A stretch of 64,000 nucleotides of DNA from the human T2T-CHM13v2.0 reference genome, Homo sapiens, in assembly GCF_009914755.1 (NCBI RefSeq), contig NC_060939.1. One strand, given 5' to 3'. This document shows positions 31,430 to 45,480 of the stretch, piece after piece (the stretch's first letter is position 1; each line of letters starts with the position of its first letter). Both the position numbers and the translations under genes were made by a program. The notes below the pieces were generated by a model. The model was not told the DNA's origin. It did not search any database and saw only the letters and a program-made list of their open reading frames with translations.

Positions 31430-32020
31430 TGTGCCTTAGTCTCTTCAGGCTGCTATAACAAAATGGCTTAGACTAGGTAATTTATACACAAAAGTGTTTA
31501 TTGCTCACAGTTCTAGAGGCTGGAAAGTCCACAATCAGGATACCAGGAGATTCGGTGTCTGGTAAGGGCTTGTTACTCACAGATGGAGACCCCTTGTAGC
31601 TTTCTCACATCGTGGAAGAGGCAAGCAAGCTCCCACAGGCCTTCTTTATAAAGGCGCTAATTCTATTCATGAGGCAGATCCCTTATAACCTTGTCGCCAC
31701 ACAAAGGCCCCACCTTTTAATACCATCACTTTAGGGTTAGATTTCAACAAATAAATTTTGAGGAGAAACATTTAAATCATAGTACTCTGCCCATGGCCTC
31801 CCAAAATTTATGTCCTTCTCATATGCAAACTATATTAATTCCATCCCAATAGCATCAAAAGTATTCACTTGTTCTAGCATCAACTCAAAATTTAAAGTTC
31901 AAAGTCTCATCTAAATCAGGTGTGGGTGAGACTCAAGGTACAACTCATTCTGAGAGCAAATTCTGCTCCAGCTGTGGGCCAGTGAAATCAAACAAGTTAT
32001 GTGCTTTCCACAACACATTG
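31430..32020 (-). mobile_element. MaLR LTR (MLT1A/MSTD-like, about 31430-31783) plus adjacent internal sequence
   Basis: ggctgctataacaaaat...ttattgctcacagttctagaggctgg; internal ccatcccaatagc...caaagtctcatctaaatcag. Confidence 0.75.
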
Positions 32021-32211
32021 CACAATCATTCAGACCTCAGGACTGGCCCAACTTAACTCAAAAAACAGACACGTTTTCCTTCCAACTTGAGTTGTTGCAA
32101 GATACTACCTGCTCTCCTTTAGAAACTAGTAATCACGGGATACAAGAAAACGAAGCACAGGAAGTGGAACACCTTAAGTCTCTGCCATGTCCCAGACCAG
32201 AGTCAGTGAGG

Positions 32212-32450
32212 ATACATGCATATGTATGTGAATATTCACCTTTATGTATGCACATACGCATAGGCAAGTGTATTCATCAGTCTGCATGTGGGTGTTTCTG
32301 CACAAGCATATGCATGTGTGTGACTATTTGCGTGGGAATGTGTATGTGGGCATATGTGCATTTTAGTTTGTGTATTCATGTGTTGGTATATGTGGGTGTG
32401 GATATAAGGGTAGATGTACATATATATCTGCAGATATTTGTTGGTTGAAT
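32212..32450. repeat. Degenerate (TG/CATG)-rich low-complexity tract
   Basis: Read directly. Confidence 0.8.
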
Positions 32451-33536
32451 TTGCATAGATTTCTGAATATGTCATCAGGGTGGAAGTGGGAAGAAGGAGA
32501 AAATGGAAATAGAATGAAATTCTCTCATTGAACCTACAGTGGGAATTTAAGGAAACAGCATGCTATTAACCAAATCAGGAGCTGGTCTACAGTCACCTCA
32601 CTGAGGAATGTGGGAAGAACACAGTTGAAATTATCTTTAAACATCAGCAAAAATAGAGTTACTTGGACTCTGGATTTCATGTTGAATTTTCTCTAGCTAC
32701 ATGGGGCTTCCTTATAACTATAAGGAAGTTGGGTGGTAGGTCGTAGCTGCTTTACAGGGAAGAGTTGTATCCAGAATAAGCAAAATAAGACTAAAAGGTA
32801 AAGGCATGGGGAGCCCAAAAGTCTACCCAATAACTCTAGTAGCTTATTCTGTCTTTCAATTGCGGAGGAAGTGGAGCCCAGGCCAAGGCAGCATTGGAAA
32901 TATTGTGTTAATCCCTTCCTTCCAGCCCTCAGAACAACCCCTGAATGAGATCCCAATATACTGGGAGGCAGGAAAAAGAAAGAAACCCCAATTTCAATAC
33001 AGGAATATTAATAATAGTAGCAAATACTTATATGGTACTTAGTATGAGCAAGCACCATTTAAAGAGTTTTAGAAGTCATTATTGCTTATTGTTGTCATTT
33101 ATGAATTGCCAATTGTATATCAGGCACTTTACTATGTGCATTAAAGATATGATTCCATTTACATTTATTTTCATAACCATTGGTTGAAGTCTATATTAAT
33201 AAGTCAGTTTTACTAAGGCAGAAACTCAGGCTCAACGACGTTGAGCTATGTGCTCAAAGTCATAGTGGTGGAGCAATGATTTGAACGCAGGCCTATTACA
33301 AATTGTCTTTATTTTCAGAGTTAGTTTTCTAAACTACAATCATGGTACCTAGGTTTGATTTGATAATGCAGAAGCAATATGTGATAGCCAATTTTTCTCT
33401 TTATCCTAGCAAGGGAAAACATTACAAAGCAATTTACAAAATTCAGTATGTTCCTACCACATTCAGTTTCCATATGCATATTGGATGGAAGTTAGCTGAA
33501 ACTTTCCCCTAGATATCTGAACTGCAGAATAGTGTA

Positions 33537-33848
33537 CAATTGGCCCTCCATATCTATGGGTCCTCCATCTACAGATTCAACGAACTGAGGTTTTAAAATG
33601 TTTGGAAAAAACATAATAAAACATAACAATATACAAATAAGATCAATACATTTAACCACTATTTGCATGTCACTTCCACTGCATTAGGTATTACAAGTAA
33701 TCTAGAGATAATTTAAAGTATACAGGAGAATGTGTGTAGATGATATGCAAATAGTACACCATTTTATATAAGAGATTTGTGCATTCGTGAATTTTGGCAT
33801 CTGCAGTGGTTCTGGAACAAATCCTGCAAGGATATTGAGGGACAACTC
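33537..33848 (+). mobile_element. Tigger3a-like TcMar MITE
   Basis: TA|caattggccctccatatc ... gatattgagggacaact TIRs; aagtaatctagagataatttaaagtatac core. Confidence 0.8.
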
Positions 33849-34472
33849 GAATTCAGGACAGTTCAAACCAAATTAGAAGATCAAGTACCCAAGATGAGCA
33901 TGGCTCACTTTACCTATTAGCTCTTCCTGTTTGCATGAACTGGGAAAACTGTACTGTCATACTTGGATGTAGATGAAACCTAGAAATGCTAGGAATCTTC
34001 AAACCTGAGAGAAGTATATTTCTTATGCCCTTTTTTGAGTATGTTTCTATTAAGAGCTGTATTTTGTGACATGTGGTGAGACATTAATTGCCATCTACTA
34101 CGTGTTTCCTTAGCACCCTGCTCTAAACAGCATTCTACAGTAAGGGATGGCTTGTTAATAAAGGTTACCAGTTGATATTAATGCTAAATATTGCCTCATT
34201 TATACTATTCCTACTAACCCAAGTATGTGGATATGGGGAGAGGGGATGTGCTTTTTAATTAAATAGTCAAGAACAGAAAACACTGAGCTCTATGAGAAAG
34301 GTAAAAGAAAAAATAGGAATAGCTGCTATTCTAGCATCTAATATGTTACTAAGTCAGTAAAATACATGATTTCTCCTCTTATTTGCGTAACTTAAATAAC
34401 TGAGGTAATTTGGTATCTGGAAACATTGCAGCTCCCTCTCTTTTCATTCTTTGGCCAGCTGAATTAACTAAT

Positions 34473-34853
34473 TGATATGGTTAGGCTTTGTGTCCCCACC
34501 AAAATCTCATCTTGAATTGTAATCCCCATAATCCCCATAATCCCCCTGTGTCAAGGGAGAGACCAAGTGGAGGTAATTGAATCATGGAGGCAGTTTCGCC
34601 TATGATGTTCTCATGATAGTGAGTTCTCAGGAGATCTAATGGTTTTATAAGGGGCTCTTCCCACTTTGCTTGGCACTTCCCCTTCCTGCTGCCTTGTGAA
34701 GAAGGGGCCTGCTTCCCCTTCACCTTCTGCCATGATTCTAAGTTCCCTGAGGCTTCCCTAGTCATGCTGAACTGTAAGTCAATTAAACCTCTTTCCTTTA
34801 TAAATTATCCTCTCAGGCAGTTCTTTGTAGCAATACAAAAACGAACTAATACA
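34473..34853 (+). mobile_element. THE1D solo LTR (MaLR)
   Basis: TGATATGGTTAGGCTTTGTGTCCCCACC ... aactaataca; TSD ctaat/ctgat; TAATTGAATCA at 34574-34584. Confidence 0.9.
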
Positions 34854-35689
34854 CTGATGAATATAGTTTTCCATTTACCCTGGATAAGACCTCAGAATCC
34901 ATCTTAACACAGCATGTCAGAAAGCCATGCCAAATAGATGATTACCACTCTGTGAGCCCTAGTTGCCAACTCTGTCATAGATTATTGATCTGAGGAGAGA
35001 AGGAGAAAGAAGTTTCACAGATACAACATTTGGCATTCCTGAAATAGGCCTTGCTATTTGCCCAACATATAACTAAGACGTGAAATTCTAGTAGGTCTGA
35101 GGAAATAGTGGCACCTGTTGGTGCCATTCCAGACCAAGACATAGACTTCATTCAGGCTTGGATGATAAATGGTCTATTGCAGATAAAGATATGTATTTCA
35201 AACAAAGCGTTTTTTATTTACTGAAATTATTAAATTTATAACTTCTGATTTGAAAATAAGAATCTTATCTATCACACTTTTATCTTATGGGCATTACTGT
35301 CAAGCCTATCTTTATGTTACATAGATGCACTGAGCTTTTGGCCAGATACCATTAAATGTTTGACTTCTGAAACTCACCTGCATTTCTGATTTCCTGATCA
35401 CCAAATATTTGCATGTTTGTTTGCTCCCCTTTCCTTACAGGGGGAGAATGCACTGAGCATGCATGCTAATGTGGCCATTCTGCTTTACAAAAGCTTTCTT
35501 TTCTCTTTCATTGTATGCTAATCTATTGCAAGTCTGATAATTTTCATTCCCTTAAAACTTAGTTTTTCACAATCTGACAAGTAATTTTTCTGAGTTTTTT
35601 TTCTGACAATGGTAGATCCAGAGTCTCAATAAACTTCACCCAGAATCAAATTTCTGGAGTAGCCATCTGCTTCTTTCATTATAATCTTG

Positions 35690-35945
35690 GTATAAGCAGT
35701 ATAGCTCGGTGGTTAAGAACAAAGAATTTGGATCAGACAAATTGGATTTTTGCAACTTTCTGGTTGTGTGACCTTTGGTGAATCTCAAAACCTCTTTAAG
35801 CCTCAGTTTTGGCATTTGTGTAACAGTAGTACTGGTATGTATTTGTGATGCTGTAAGCTTGTTGTGAAGATGGTATGAAATGATGAATAGATATGGTCAG
35901 TAGTCCTGTTTGTTAGCAATTGGTATATATTAGTTGTTATTATTC
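35690..35945 (+). mobile_element. MIR
   Basis: gtggttaagaac...tgtgtgaccttt...cctctttaagcctcagttt. Confidence 0.65.
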
Positions 35946-36632
35946 CTTGTTTAAAACTCCACTGACATTAAATAGCCACATGAAGAGCATGGTGACATGT
36001 GAACAGTATCATCTTCCTAATGATTTTATGCTCATGAAACCTAAACTTACTTTTGTGACTTAAAATTGCTACACCATCAACAGTTGAAGCTTCTTGATGG
36101 TGAGAAATCTATTTTATGTAGAATTACTTAAAAGGACATTTTAACTATAGTAGCAATTTCAATTGACTTCCTGTCATTTCCAAGTCACTCAGTGTCAGCC
36201 TACATTCCTCTTCAGGGAACTAGTTCCTCCCAAGACTTCTCATGTCAGGTTGGCCTAGCATGATCGGAAAAAAATCACAAGTTGGCTGTCAATCATCCAA
36301 AAGCATCTCTTCAGCACCTAAAAGGGCATAATGCTATGCTAACTACTGTGCGAAGTACATTACACAGACATAGCCATAGTAATCCAGCAACTTCTATTCT
36401 CCAGGCAGAAAGAGAAAGGATCTTTGTGCTTAATAAAAAGTGGTATGCTGTGGTGAAAGGAGCATTCTCTTGTGTTAAGAGACCAGGCTTCCCCAGGTTT
36501 GTCCTTCAGCAATGCATTTTACATTTCTGAATATATTTCTTCATTGAAAAGCAGAATTATAAAATCTGCGTACCCCCAGTGTTCTTAATCCTTTAAAAAA
36601 TGTTTGCAATGTGCCATGAATATATACATATA

Positions 36633-37660
36633 TATATTAAATATAAACATATTTAATATATTAAATATAAACATATTTAATATATTAAATATAAACATAT
36701 TTAATATATTAAATATAAACATATTTAATATATTAAATATAAACATATTTAATATATTAAATATAAACATATTTAATATATTAAATATAAACATATTTAA
36801 TATATTAAATATAAACATATTTAATATATTAAATATAAACATATTTAATATATTAAATATAAACATATTTAATATATTAAATATAAACATATTTAATATA
36901 TTAAATATAAACATATTTAATATATTAAATATAAACATATTTAATATATTAAATATAAACATATTTAATATATTAAATATAAACATATTTAATATATTAA
37001 ATATAAACATATTTAATATATTAAATATAAACATATTTAATATATTAAATATAAACATATTTAATATATTAAATATAAACATATTTAATATATTAAATAT
37101 AAACATATTTAATATATTAAATATAAACATATTTAATATATTAAATATAAACATATTTAATATATTAAATATAAACATTTTAATATATTAAATATAAACA
37201 TTTTAATATATTAAATATAAACATTTTAATATATTAAATATAAACATTTTAATATATTAAATATAAACATTTTAATATATTAAATATAAACATTTTAATA
37301 TATTAAATATAAACATTTTAATATATTAAATATAAACATTTTAATATATTAAATATAAACATTTTAATATATTAAATATAAACATTTTAATATATTAAAT
37401 ATAAACATTTTAATATATTAAATATAAACATATTAAATATAAACATATTTTATATATTAAATATAAACATATTTTATATATTGAATATAAACATATTTTA
37501 TATATTGAATATAAACATATTTTATATATTGAATATAAATGTATATAATATATATTAAATATATAAAAATTATATAATTATATAATATAAATTATATATA
37601 TTAAATATATAAAAATTATATATAATTATATAATATAAATTATATATATTTATATATTTA
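36633..37660. repeat. AT-rich minisatellite: 22 x 24-bp units, then 11 x 23-bp units, then degenerate units
   Basis: The unit's single C recurs every 24 bp from 36648 to 37176, then every 23 bp to 37429. Confidence 0.97.
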
Positions 37661-38181
37661 ACTTTTCTGCAAAAAAAGATGAGAAGAAAGATCAAAAGGA
37701 ATAATAGCAAGTAAAAAAAACAGTGATCAGAACAGAGAGGACATGAGCAATACTAGCTAATTATGACTATCAGTTTTTGAATTTCCACTCTGAGCCAGAT
37801 CAAAAACAGAATCTCAAGCAAGTTAGTTGGGGATATGGTGGAATTTACTGTATGTTGGCTAGAGGTAACAATGTAGTAAATTGACAGGAGAGAAACCACA
37901 CTTCTGGGTGATTATTTTGAAGTTCCTGAGTGGAGATATAAAGCAGAATAATGTTGCAGGGGGATTATTGGAGCTTTTTTCTTGGTATTAGGGACTTTAG
38001 GCAAGGGTCTAAGAGGTCTCTAAAATAAGTGGTTTTGGGGAACTCCTGGTATTCATTTCTCATTAGCTCTGAGGTTCTGGAGACAGGACCAAGTAATCCT
38101 CCCCTCAACTTTCTGGAGCTTTTTTGAGAGGAGCAAAGAGATAAAATGTCCCACAGTGGTTTCCCATTGCTCTAAGGATAC

Positions 38182-38551
38182 TGTATTAGTCTGTTCTCAA
38201 GCTGCTAATAATGACATACCGGAGACTAGGTAATTAATAAAGGACTGAGGTTTAATTGACTCACTGTTCCACATGGCTGGGGAGGTGTCACAACCATGGC
38301 AGAAGGTGAAGGAGGAGCAAAATCACTTCTTACGTGGTGGCAGGCAAGAGAGCATGTGCAGGGAAATTCCCCTTTATACAAAAATCAGATCTCATGAGAC
38401 TTATTCACCATCACCAGAAGAGCACGAGAAAGAGAAAGACCCATCCCCATGATTCAATTACCTCCCACAGGGCCCCTCCCACGACACCTGGGAATTATGG
38501 GAGCTGCAATTCAAGATGGGAATTGGGTAGGGACACAGTCAAGCCATATCA
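38182..38551 (-). mobile_element. THE1C-like solo LTR (MaLR)
   Basis: tgtattagtctgttctc ... gacacagtcaagccatatca; TGATTCAATTA at 38450-38460. Confidence 0.9.
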
Positions 38552-38689
38552 AAGACAAAGTATTTCCCTTATTTTACAACTAAAGACCCTGTCTCCAAAA
38601 ATTCCCATTGCTCTCCATGCTCCAACCTCATCAGCAAATATTTGCAATGTTTCTAAAGCACAATGTTTCAGGCTCCCTCCTGACACAGT

Positions 38690-39045
38690 GGACTTTTGCA
38701 AATGATGTTCCTTCTGTCTGAGAACTTCTTTCCTTATTTTTGCTTAACCATCCCACACTCAACCTGTCTTTCAGCTTAAATGTCAATTTTGCAGGAAAGC
38801 ATCCTCTGGGTCTTCAGACTAAATATGATCGCAGTTATAAATTCTCAAGAACACCTGGTCAGTTCTTTTCCTAGATAGCCAAAATGTTTGAAATCATGGA
38901 ATTTCTGCATGATTGTTTGGCCTGGCTATCCCATTAGGCTGCAAGCCCCATGACAGCAGAGGCAGTTTAACTTCATACCTAATAAACTGTCTGCAGCTGC
39001 TCAGTAATGATAGCTGAGTATGTGAATGAATAACTGAGTAAATAA
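38690..39045 (+). mobile_element. L2 3' end
   Basis: ctgcaagccccatgacagcag...gctcagtaa...tgaatgaat. Confidence 0.6.
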
Positions 39046-39049
39046 GCAA

Positions 39050-41095
39050 AAAAATCATATACTTTAAAATTATTATGTTGGTTACACATATTCATTGTAG
39101 AAAGTTTTAAAATTATAAAAGTATGAATAGGATAAAAAATTTTAGATCTATCACATAGGCTAAATCATTTATTATATTTTTATTTATGATTTTACTTATT
39201 TATGTATTAATAAATTATATTATTTAAGAAATTATAATTTATTCTAGTAATATATATGCTTATATATCTGTAGTATATATGTATATATATGTGAATATGT
39301 ATCCATGTATAATTTTGGATGGTAGGGCATATATTGTTCATAAATTTTTTATTACAACTTAGAAATATATCATAAAAAAATTTTCAAGTCATTAGATGTT
39401 CTTTACCCATATAATTTCTAATTGCTAAATAGCATTGCATTTGTTTGTTTCTTTCTCAAGTACCCCAGTTTATTTAACTAAAGCTTATTGTTGGCATTTG
39501 GATGATTTTAAATATTTTATTATAAACACGCTAGAATAAACAACTGTTTTGCTAACTTTTGCATGCCTTTTTCTTAGGATATATTTCTAAATGTGGCATT
39601 ACTGAGTCTAATATTTTGATTCATACTGCCAAATTGTCTTTAAAAGGAAAGTAATTCTAAAGCTCTCTTACACTAGTGAGATGTAATACCCAGCTCAACA
39701 ATATTATTCCTATACTCCTTTTAAACTCTTCAAAGTTGATAGACAAAATTTGTAGATTTTTTTTTAAATTCGTATCTTTTTTATTACAAAAAGAGTGGAA
39801 TTTATACATAAACACAGATAGATATGCTCATATATTTATTCGTATATACGCATATTCACCATTTCAAAAACAACTTTGTTTATGTCGTGTATGGATCTGT
39901 TGCTGTCCTCACTCAAGTTGTTTGTCTTCTTAGTGATTTATAAATGTCTTCATATATATTTCAAAGATACTTATACTACATTTGCAGCATGTTATATTTT
40001 CTGAATTTGTTGATGTCTTTTAATTTTGACTCACTGTTTTGCCGTAAAGTGACACATTTTAATATAGTGAAAGTTACATCTTTTATTGTTCTCTTCAGGT
40101 ATTTTATGCTCTGTGTGTGTGTGTTTTACATCTTATATAAAGATTTCATATTTCTGGTGCTATAAGTTATGAGGTAACATTTTCCATTTTTTTCTCCAAA
40201 TAAATTTTCATTTGTTCCATCAAATATCACTTATATAAAAATTCATTTTTTCATGTGCCACTCATAACACATAGCAAATCTTATATATATTTGACTTTGG
40301 CATTGGATTTTGTATGCAGTTTTAGCGGTCTACTAAGCTAATAGAAAACTACTTTATTAATTTTATAATAAATTGTAATGTGTGGTAAGTTCCTTATTGT
40401 TCCTTTTTCTTTATTAAAGTTTTTTTTTTTACTATTGTGATACATTTATTTTTATAGATAAAAAGAACTCATCAAATATCATTGGATAGTCATTGCACAT
40501 TAAAATTAGAGATTAATTTATGCCATTATTCAAATCTTTTTATATATTGAAAAAAAGCTGTTTATTTTCCTTAACTGCAATATAATATTTGTCAAGTTTA
40601 TTCCTAAGCATTACATTTCTGTTATTGCAATTATAGATGAGATTTATTTCTTGTCATTACATTTTTCTGAGTTGTTATTATAATGATAGGAAAATTATTG
40701 GGTTTTATGAATTTAGTATGTAATTAATTACTTAAGTCTACTAGATTTCATTTTCTTGCAAATGATTATGAATTTGCATCCTACTTTTGTATGATTATTT
40801 CTGATGTTATTTTCTCTTCTTATTGCTTACTTAAAAACTTTTAGATCGATATTGACTACTGAATAAGGAAATATGTCTTAATTTTCAAATTTAAGGGGAA
40901 TGCCTCTTTAGCTTGTTTATTAAGTTGATTGTGGAGCCCCAGAAGAATCATTCTACTCCTGAATTACTAAGGATATTTAAAATAAGAAATGTTAAATTTT
41001 ATCAAAATTATCTTCTAAGCTATCATGTTTCTAAGACTATCATGTAGTCTTTTATAAATAATTTTTTAGATAAAAGCAGTATTATTTTAAACTAA
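39050..41095 (-). mobile_element. Old L1ME fragments
   Basis: T-rich antisense L1 motifs (catactgccaaattgtc, gtcaagtttattcctaagca). Confidence 0.6.
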
Positions 41096-42484
41096 TGCTT
41101 ACTTTTCTAATTCAGTTAAAACTGTCTATAAGTAATTCCATCAGCCAAATTCACAGACTACTACCTAACCACTATTGTCTGTTAACCTTACAAGTAAGTC
41201 AACACACACTTAGGTTGAAATTTTCATATCTGAAATGCCATATACAGACTTGCAACAAGACTAAAAAAAGAATACACTAAGGTTCAGAGAATGAAAGTAG
41301 ATCTTCTTCCTAGGTTAGGGGAATAGGGTCAATGGAATTGACCAGATAGCACAAAGCGATTGTAAGTTTCAGTTAGGGCACATATATTAGTGATGGTCAT
41401 AAATATTCAAAAGTTCTAAAAGTAGGAGGCAGACCAAATTTAGCAACGAAGATTTAGACAAATAGCTTCTGGGAAATGTCTATGAGCTGCAGAGCCTGAC
41501 TTACAAAGCTGGGGGTTTAAGTACTCGCTCAGCCCTACAGCAAGGTAAAACAAGTAGTGCTCCTTAACAGAAAATGAATGACTCAGAAAAGTTACTGATG
41601 TAGGACCAAAATATAAACCAGCTCAGAAACCTAGCCCCACCAAAGGATCCCAGGTGAAGGAGTGAACATGTGGTTACTGAAGCCCTCAGAATCAGATCAG
41701 GTTAGCACCTCTGGGGTCAGGCTGTGGGCTGGGCAGGAGGGAAGAACTTAGAGATAAGCTCTAAGTCACTGCAGTTCATGTAAAAGAACAAATAATATTA
41801 AGGCCTCTCAGACTGGCAAGATATGGAGCCTCTTACTATATCTTGTCATCAGCCTATTTTCTCCTTGGAAATAAATCTGAACTTACATAGTCCAGTGGAC
41901 CCAGTCAGGGGGAACCCATAAGAGGTGGAGAATTGAGGCAGAAAACTGACAGGAATCATTTAATGAGTTCTTGCTTTTCAAATTCACACTCAAACTGAAG
42001 GAGATATTAACATGTCTGTATTGAGCATTCTGGAACTGGTGCAGGCACAGGCTTCAGAAAACCTGTATCCTATTCACTGGCATGACACAGTGTAAGGAGG
42101 TAAATCCTACTTGTAATGCTTGGTGATGCTTTCATCTAACCTGTCATTAAAACTGAACTATTTCTACACATTTTGGTCACTTGTCCTTAAATTATTAAAA
42201 TGCTAAAAATGTGTCTATCTGAGCAATTAAAATATAAATCATGAAGAATAAGCCGCTCTTTAAGAAAAATCCATTATGACAATTTGGGAAATGCAGTGCA
42301 ATATTGAAAATGCAAACAAAAATTCGAGTGCACCTTATTTCAAATAAAATAACTATCCACAATTATAATGCACATTTGTTTCCCCCAATGTCCTAAAATC
42401 ACAGTTATCTTACTATATCTAATACATGATACAATTTAAGAGTAGATTATTTGAAAACACACAGGTAAGTGAGCCAATAATTAA

Positions 42485-42830
<346 letters not shown>

Positions 42831-43913
42831 AGAGGCACTTTCTTGAAGAACTTGAAACCATATTAGAGTGAAGGACCCCTCTTGGCCCCATCTCATACAC
42901 ATCTCACTGTTTCCCTTTCCCATCCCATAACAACAGAGAGAAATCTACCAAGTGATTTTTACTGGGATCCACTAAGAGACTTTTTAACAGGTGAGAGCAA
43001 TTTCTCACTTTCTTTTCCCTTCCTCTCCCCTAATGCCCTTATCTCCAAATATAGCCTGAGAAATTGTTGGGATTGAAATCTAGGAAGGAGCTTCTTAAAA
43101 AGAAAAAACCTTTGTCATCTTATTTGATTTTAACCTCAATCCTGAATTCTTTGCCCTCCTAGAGCAGCAACTCAACTCAGTAATCAGATCCTAGTTTTAA
43201 ATCAGAAGTGTAGTTGAAGCCATTGATTTTATCCAATATTCTCTGAATAATTGGTTGGTACAAGAATTTCACCACCTGTTTATAGACGGTGGCCAGAAGT
43301 TAGAGCTGCCTGCTGATTGCTTTTTTGTGTGTTATTGTGATTTTAAACTATATTTAATGTTCTGTTTGAATGGGAGATTTTGCCACCTGCGGGAGCATTC
43401 CAAAAAATAGCATTGGCTGCTGTGTATATCAATGTCAGAGTCAGATTCATACTGCAAAGGGGCTGCAAAATTCATCAGTGGAAAATGGCTCAGCGAATTC
43501 TGTGAAAGCATCTTCCCTGGGAAGCCTAATCCTCTGTCAATGATACTTAAAAAGTAACTTCCATTCCTCCTCTAAGAAAATCGTAAACTTCTCTCCTAGG
43601 TTGTGGGCTGCAGCAGACATATTAGAGAGATTTTTTGAGAAAATATGCCTCCTTCATTTGTCTCAAAAATGGACAAAAACGTAGATTCCACTAGTCACAC
43701 ACAATACAATATTGACATCATACTAAATAGAGTCTTGCATCATGTTTTTTCATTAAATATTGAGTTCTCATTCGTTTCTCTTGCTATTATTTTAAAAACT
43801 CAAATTATATATTATTTTAAAACCACTTATGATTATATGAACATAATTAATTTCATGATCATTGAAGCTTTATCTACTGTCTACTAAATATAAATAGTGC
43901 TTCAGAAACATCC

Positions 43914-44190
43914 TTTTTTTTTTTTTTTTTTTGAGACAGAGTCTTGCTCTGTCACCCAGCCTGGAGTGCAGTGGTGTGATCTCAGCTCACGACTGTCTCC
44001 ACCTCCCAGGTTCAAGCAATTCTCCTGTCTCAGACTCCTGAGTAGCTGCGACTACAGGCGCACGCTGCCACCCCTGGCTAACTTTTGTATTTTCAGTAGA
44101 GACAGGGTTTCACCATATTGGTCAGACCCGTCTCAAACTCCTGACCTCAGGTGATCCACCCACCTCGGCCTCCCAAAGTGCTGGGATTGC
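43914..44190 (-). mobile_element. AluS, slightly 5'-truncated
   Basis: Ends at gctgggattg; TSD aaacat[c/t]ctt. Confidence 0.9.
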
Positions 44191-45480
44191 AAAAACATTC
44201 TTATAAGTATACTTTTGTTCACATCTCTTAGTATCTCCTCAGTGAATATTCTACAATATTAATTATTTAACCAGAATGTATGAATATTTTAAATTTATTA
44301 GTATATTTTAATAATGTGCTTTCAGAAAGAATTTATCAATTTTCATTCTCATTAGTTGCATCGTACAGTCTCAGTCTTACTGCAGTCTGTGCAACACCAT
44401 GGTCATTGTTTTTCAAACTTTGCCTGTTTAATGGACAGAAAAGCTAATGTTTGTTTAATTTGAATTTCATTAATTACTTATAAGAAATGTCTTTATATGT
44501 TTCTCAGCTCTTCGTCACTATTATATGAGTATTTTGTTCATGATCTTTGTCCATGTATCTCCTTGGTTTCTCTCCTTGACTTGTAAGTGCTCTTTACATA
44601 GTTCTAGTATAAACCTTTGACATAGATTTTGATTGTTTTTCGTCACAGAAATGCAGAATACTTTTGAAACTTTTAATACAGTTGCACCTTTTTTTGAGTT
44701 TGAAATGATGGTCCTTGCTTGATTTAAATTGTTTTTTCTTTGAATGCCTATGACCAAAATATCTCCCCGTTAAGCCAGCTTCTAGGCCCAGAAAAATGAA
44801 AGTTGCCTTGGGACAAAACAGGAAAACAGGATCCATCACCATTCTAAACCATCAGCTTTGTAAAGACATCTGAGATGATTATGGCACAAGAGGCACAGAG
44901 AGTAAGTGGATCTTAGTCCAGCAGAATGATTCCTCCTGGGACCAGAAAATTCTTCTCATTCTTAATTTTCTTTATTTGTTTTGCTTCCTATAATTACTTT
45001 AAAAATTATAATGTAAAATATTTTCAACAGACCAAATATGAGTAAGGATATCATGAACACTCATGTTATGAATATTCTGCTTAAGAAATGATCATCAAAA
45101 CGATGAAGGCCCCAGGTACCTCATGCTGATCACATTCTTCTTAATGTCCTCCCAAACTAGAAAAAGTTACTGCCCTCAGAAAGAGTTTCTTATCCCTAAG
45201 AACTTCTTTATATTTAATCATATAGTTATATCATCCCAAATAATAGGCAGAATGGTTTTAAAATTGTCAAATATGCACATTTCCAATTTCATTAAGCAGA
45301 GAACATATATTTTCACCCATAATTATGTTTTGAAACTCACTCATGTTGATACCTATTTTACTCTTTTATAGTATACATTGTATAATGTTGATGGACATTT
45401 AGCTTGTGGTACATTCTTATTTTCTTTTATCTTGTTTTTTTTTTGCTATTATAAACATAGCTGATAGGAATATTTATATA

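Noticed and set aside
31999-32475. 149-aa Cys/Val-rich ORF
   Set aside because: Low-complexity TG-rich tract
36072-36102. Hairpin caccatcaa...ttgatggtg as a possible miRNA or structured RNA
   Set aside because: Only a 9-bp stem; too short for a pre-miRNA and expected by chance
36404-36441. Plus-strand 38-nt exon-like segment after cttctattctccag
   Set aside because: Weak donor (GTG|GTATGC) and no supporting context
36585-37191. 195-aa (ILNINIFN)n and 197-aa (MFIFNILN)n ORFs on opposite strands
   Set aside because: Artefact of a 24-bp (multiple of 3) unit with a stop-free frame on each strand; both end where the 23-bp unit begins
36633-37430. Palindromic direct repeats superficially like a CRISPR array
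   Set aside because: No unique spacers, no cas genes, primate DNA
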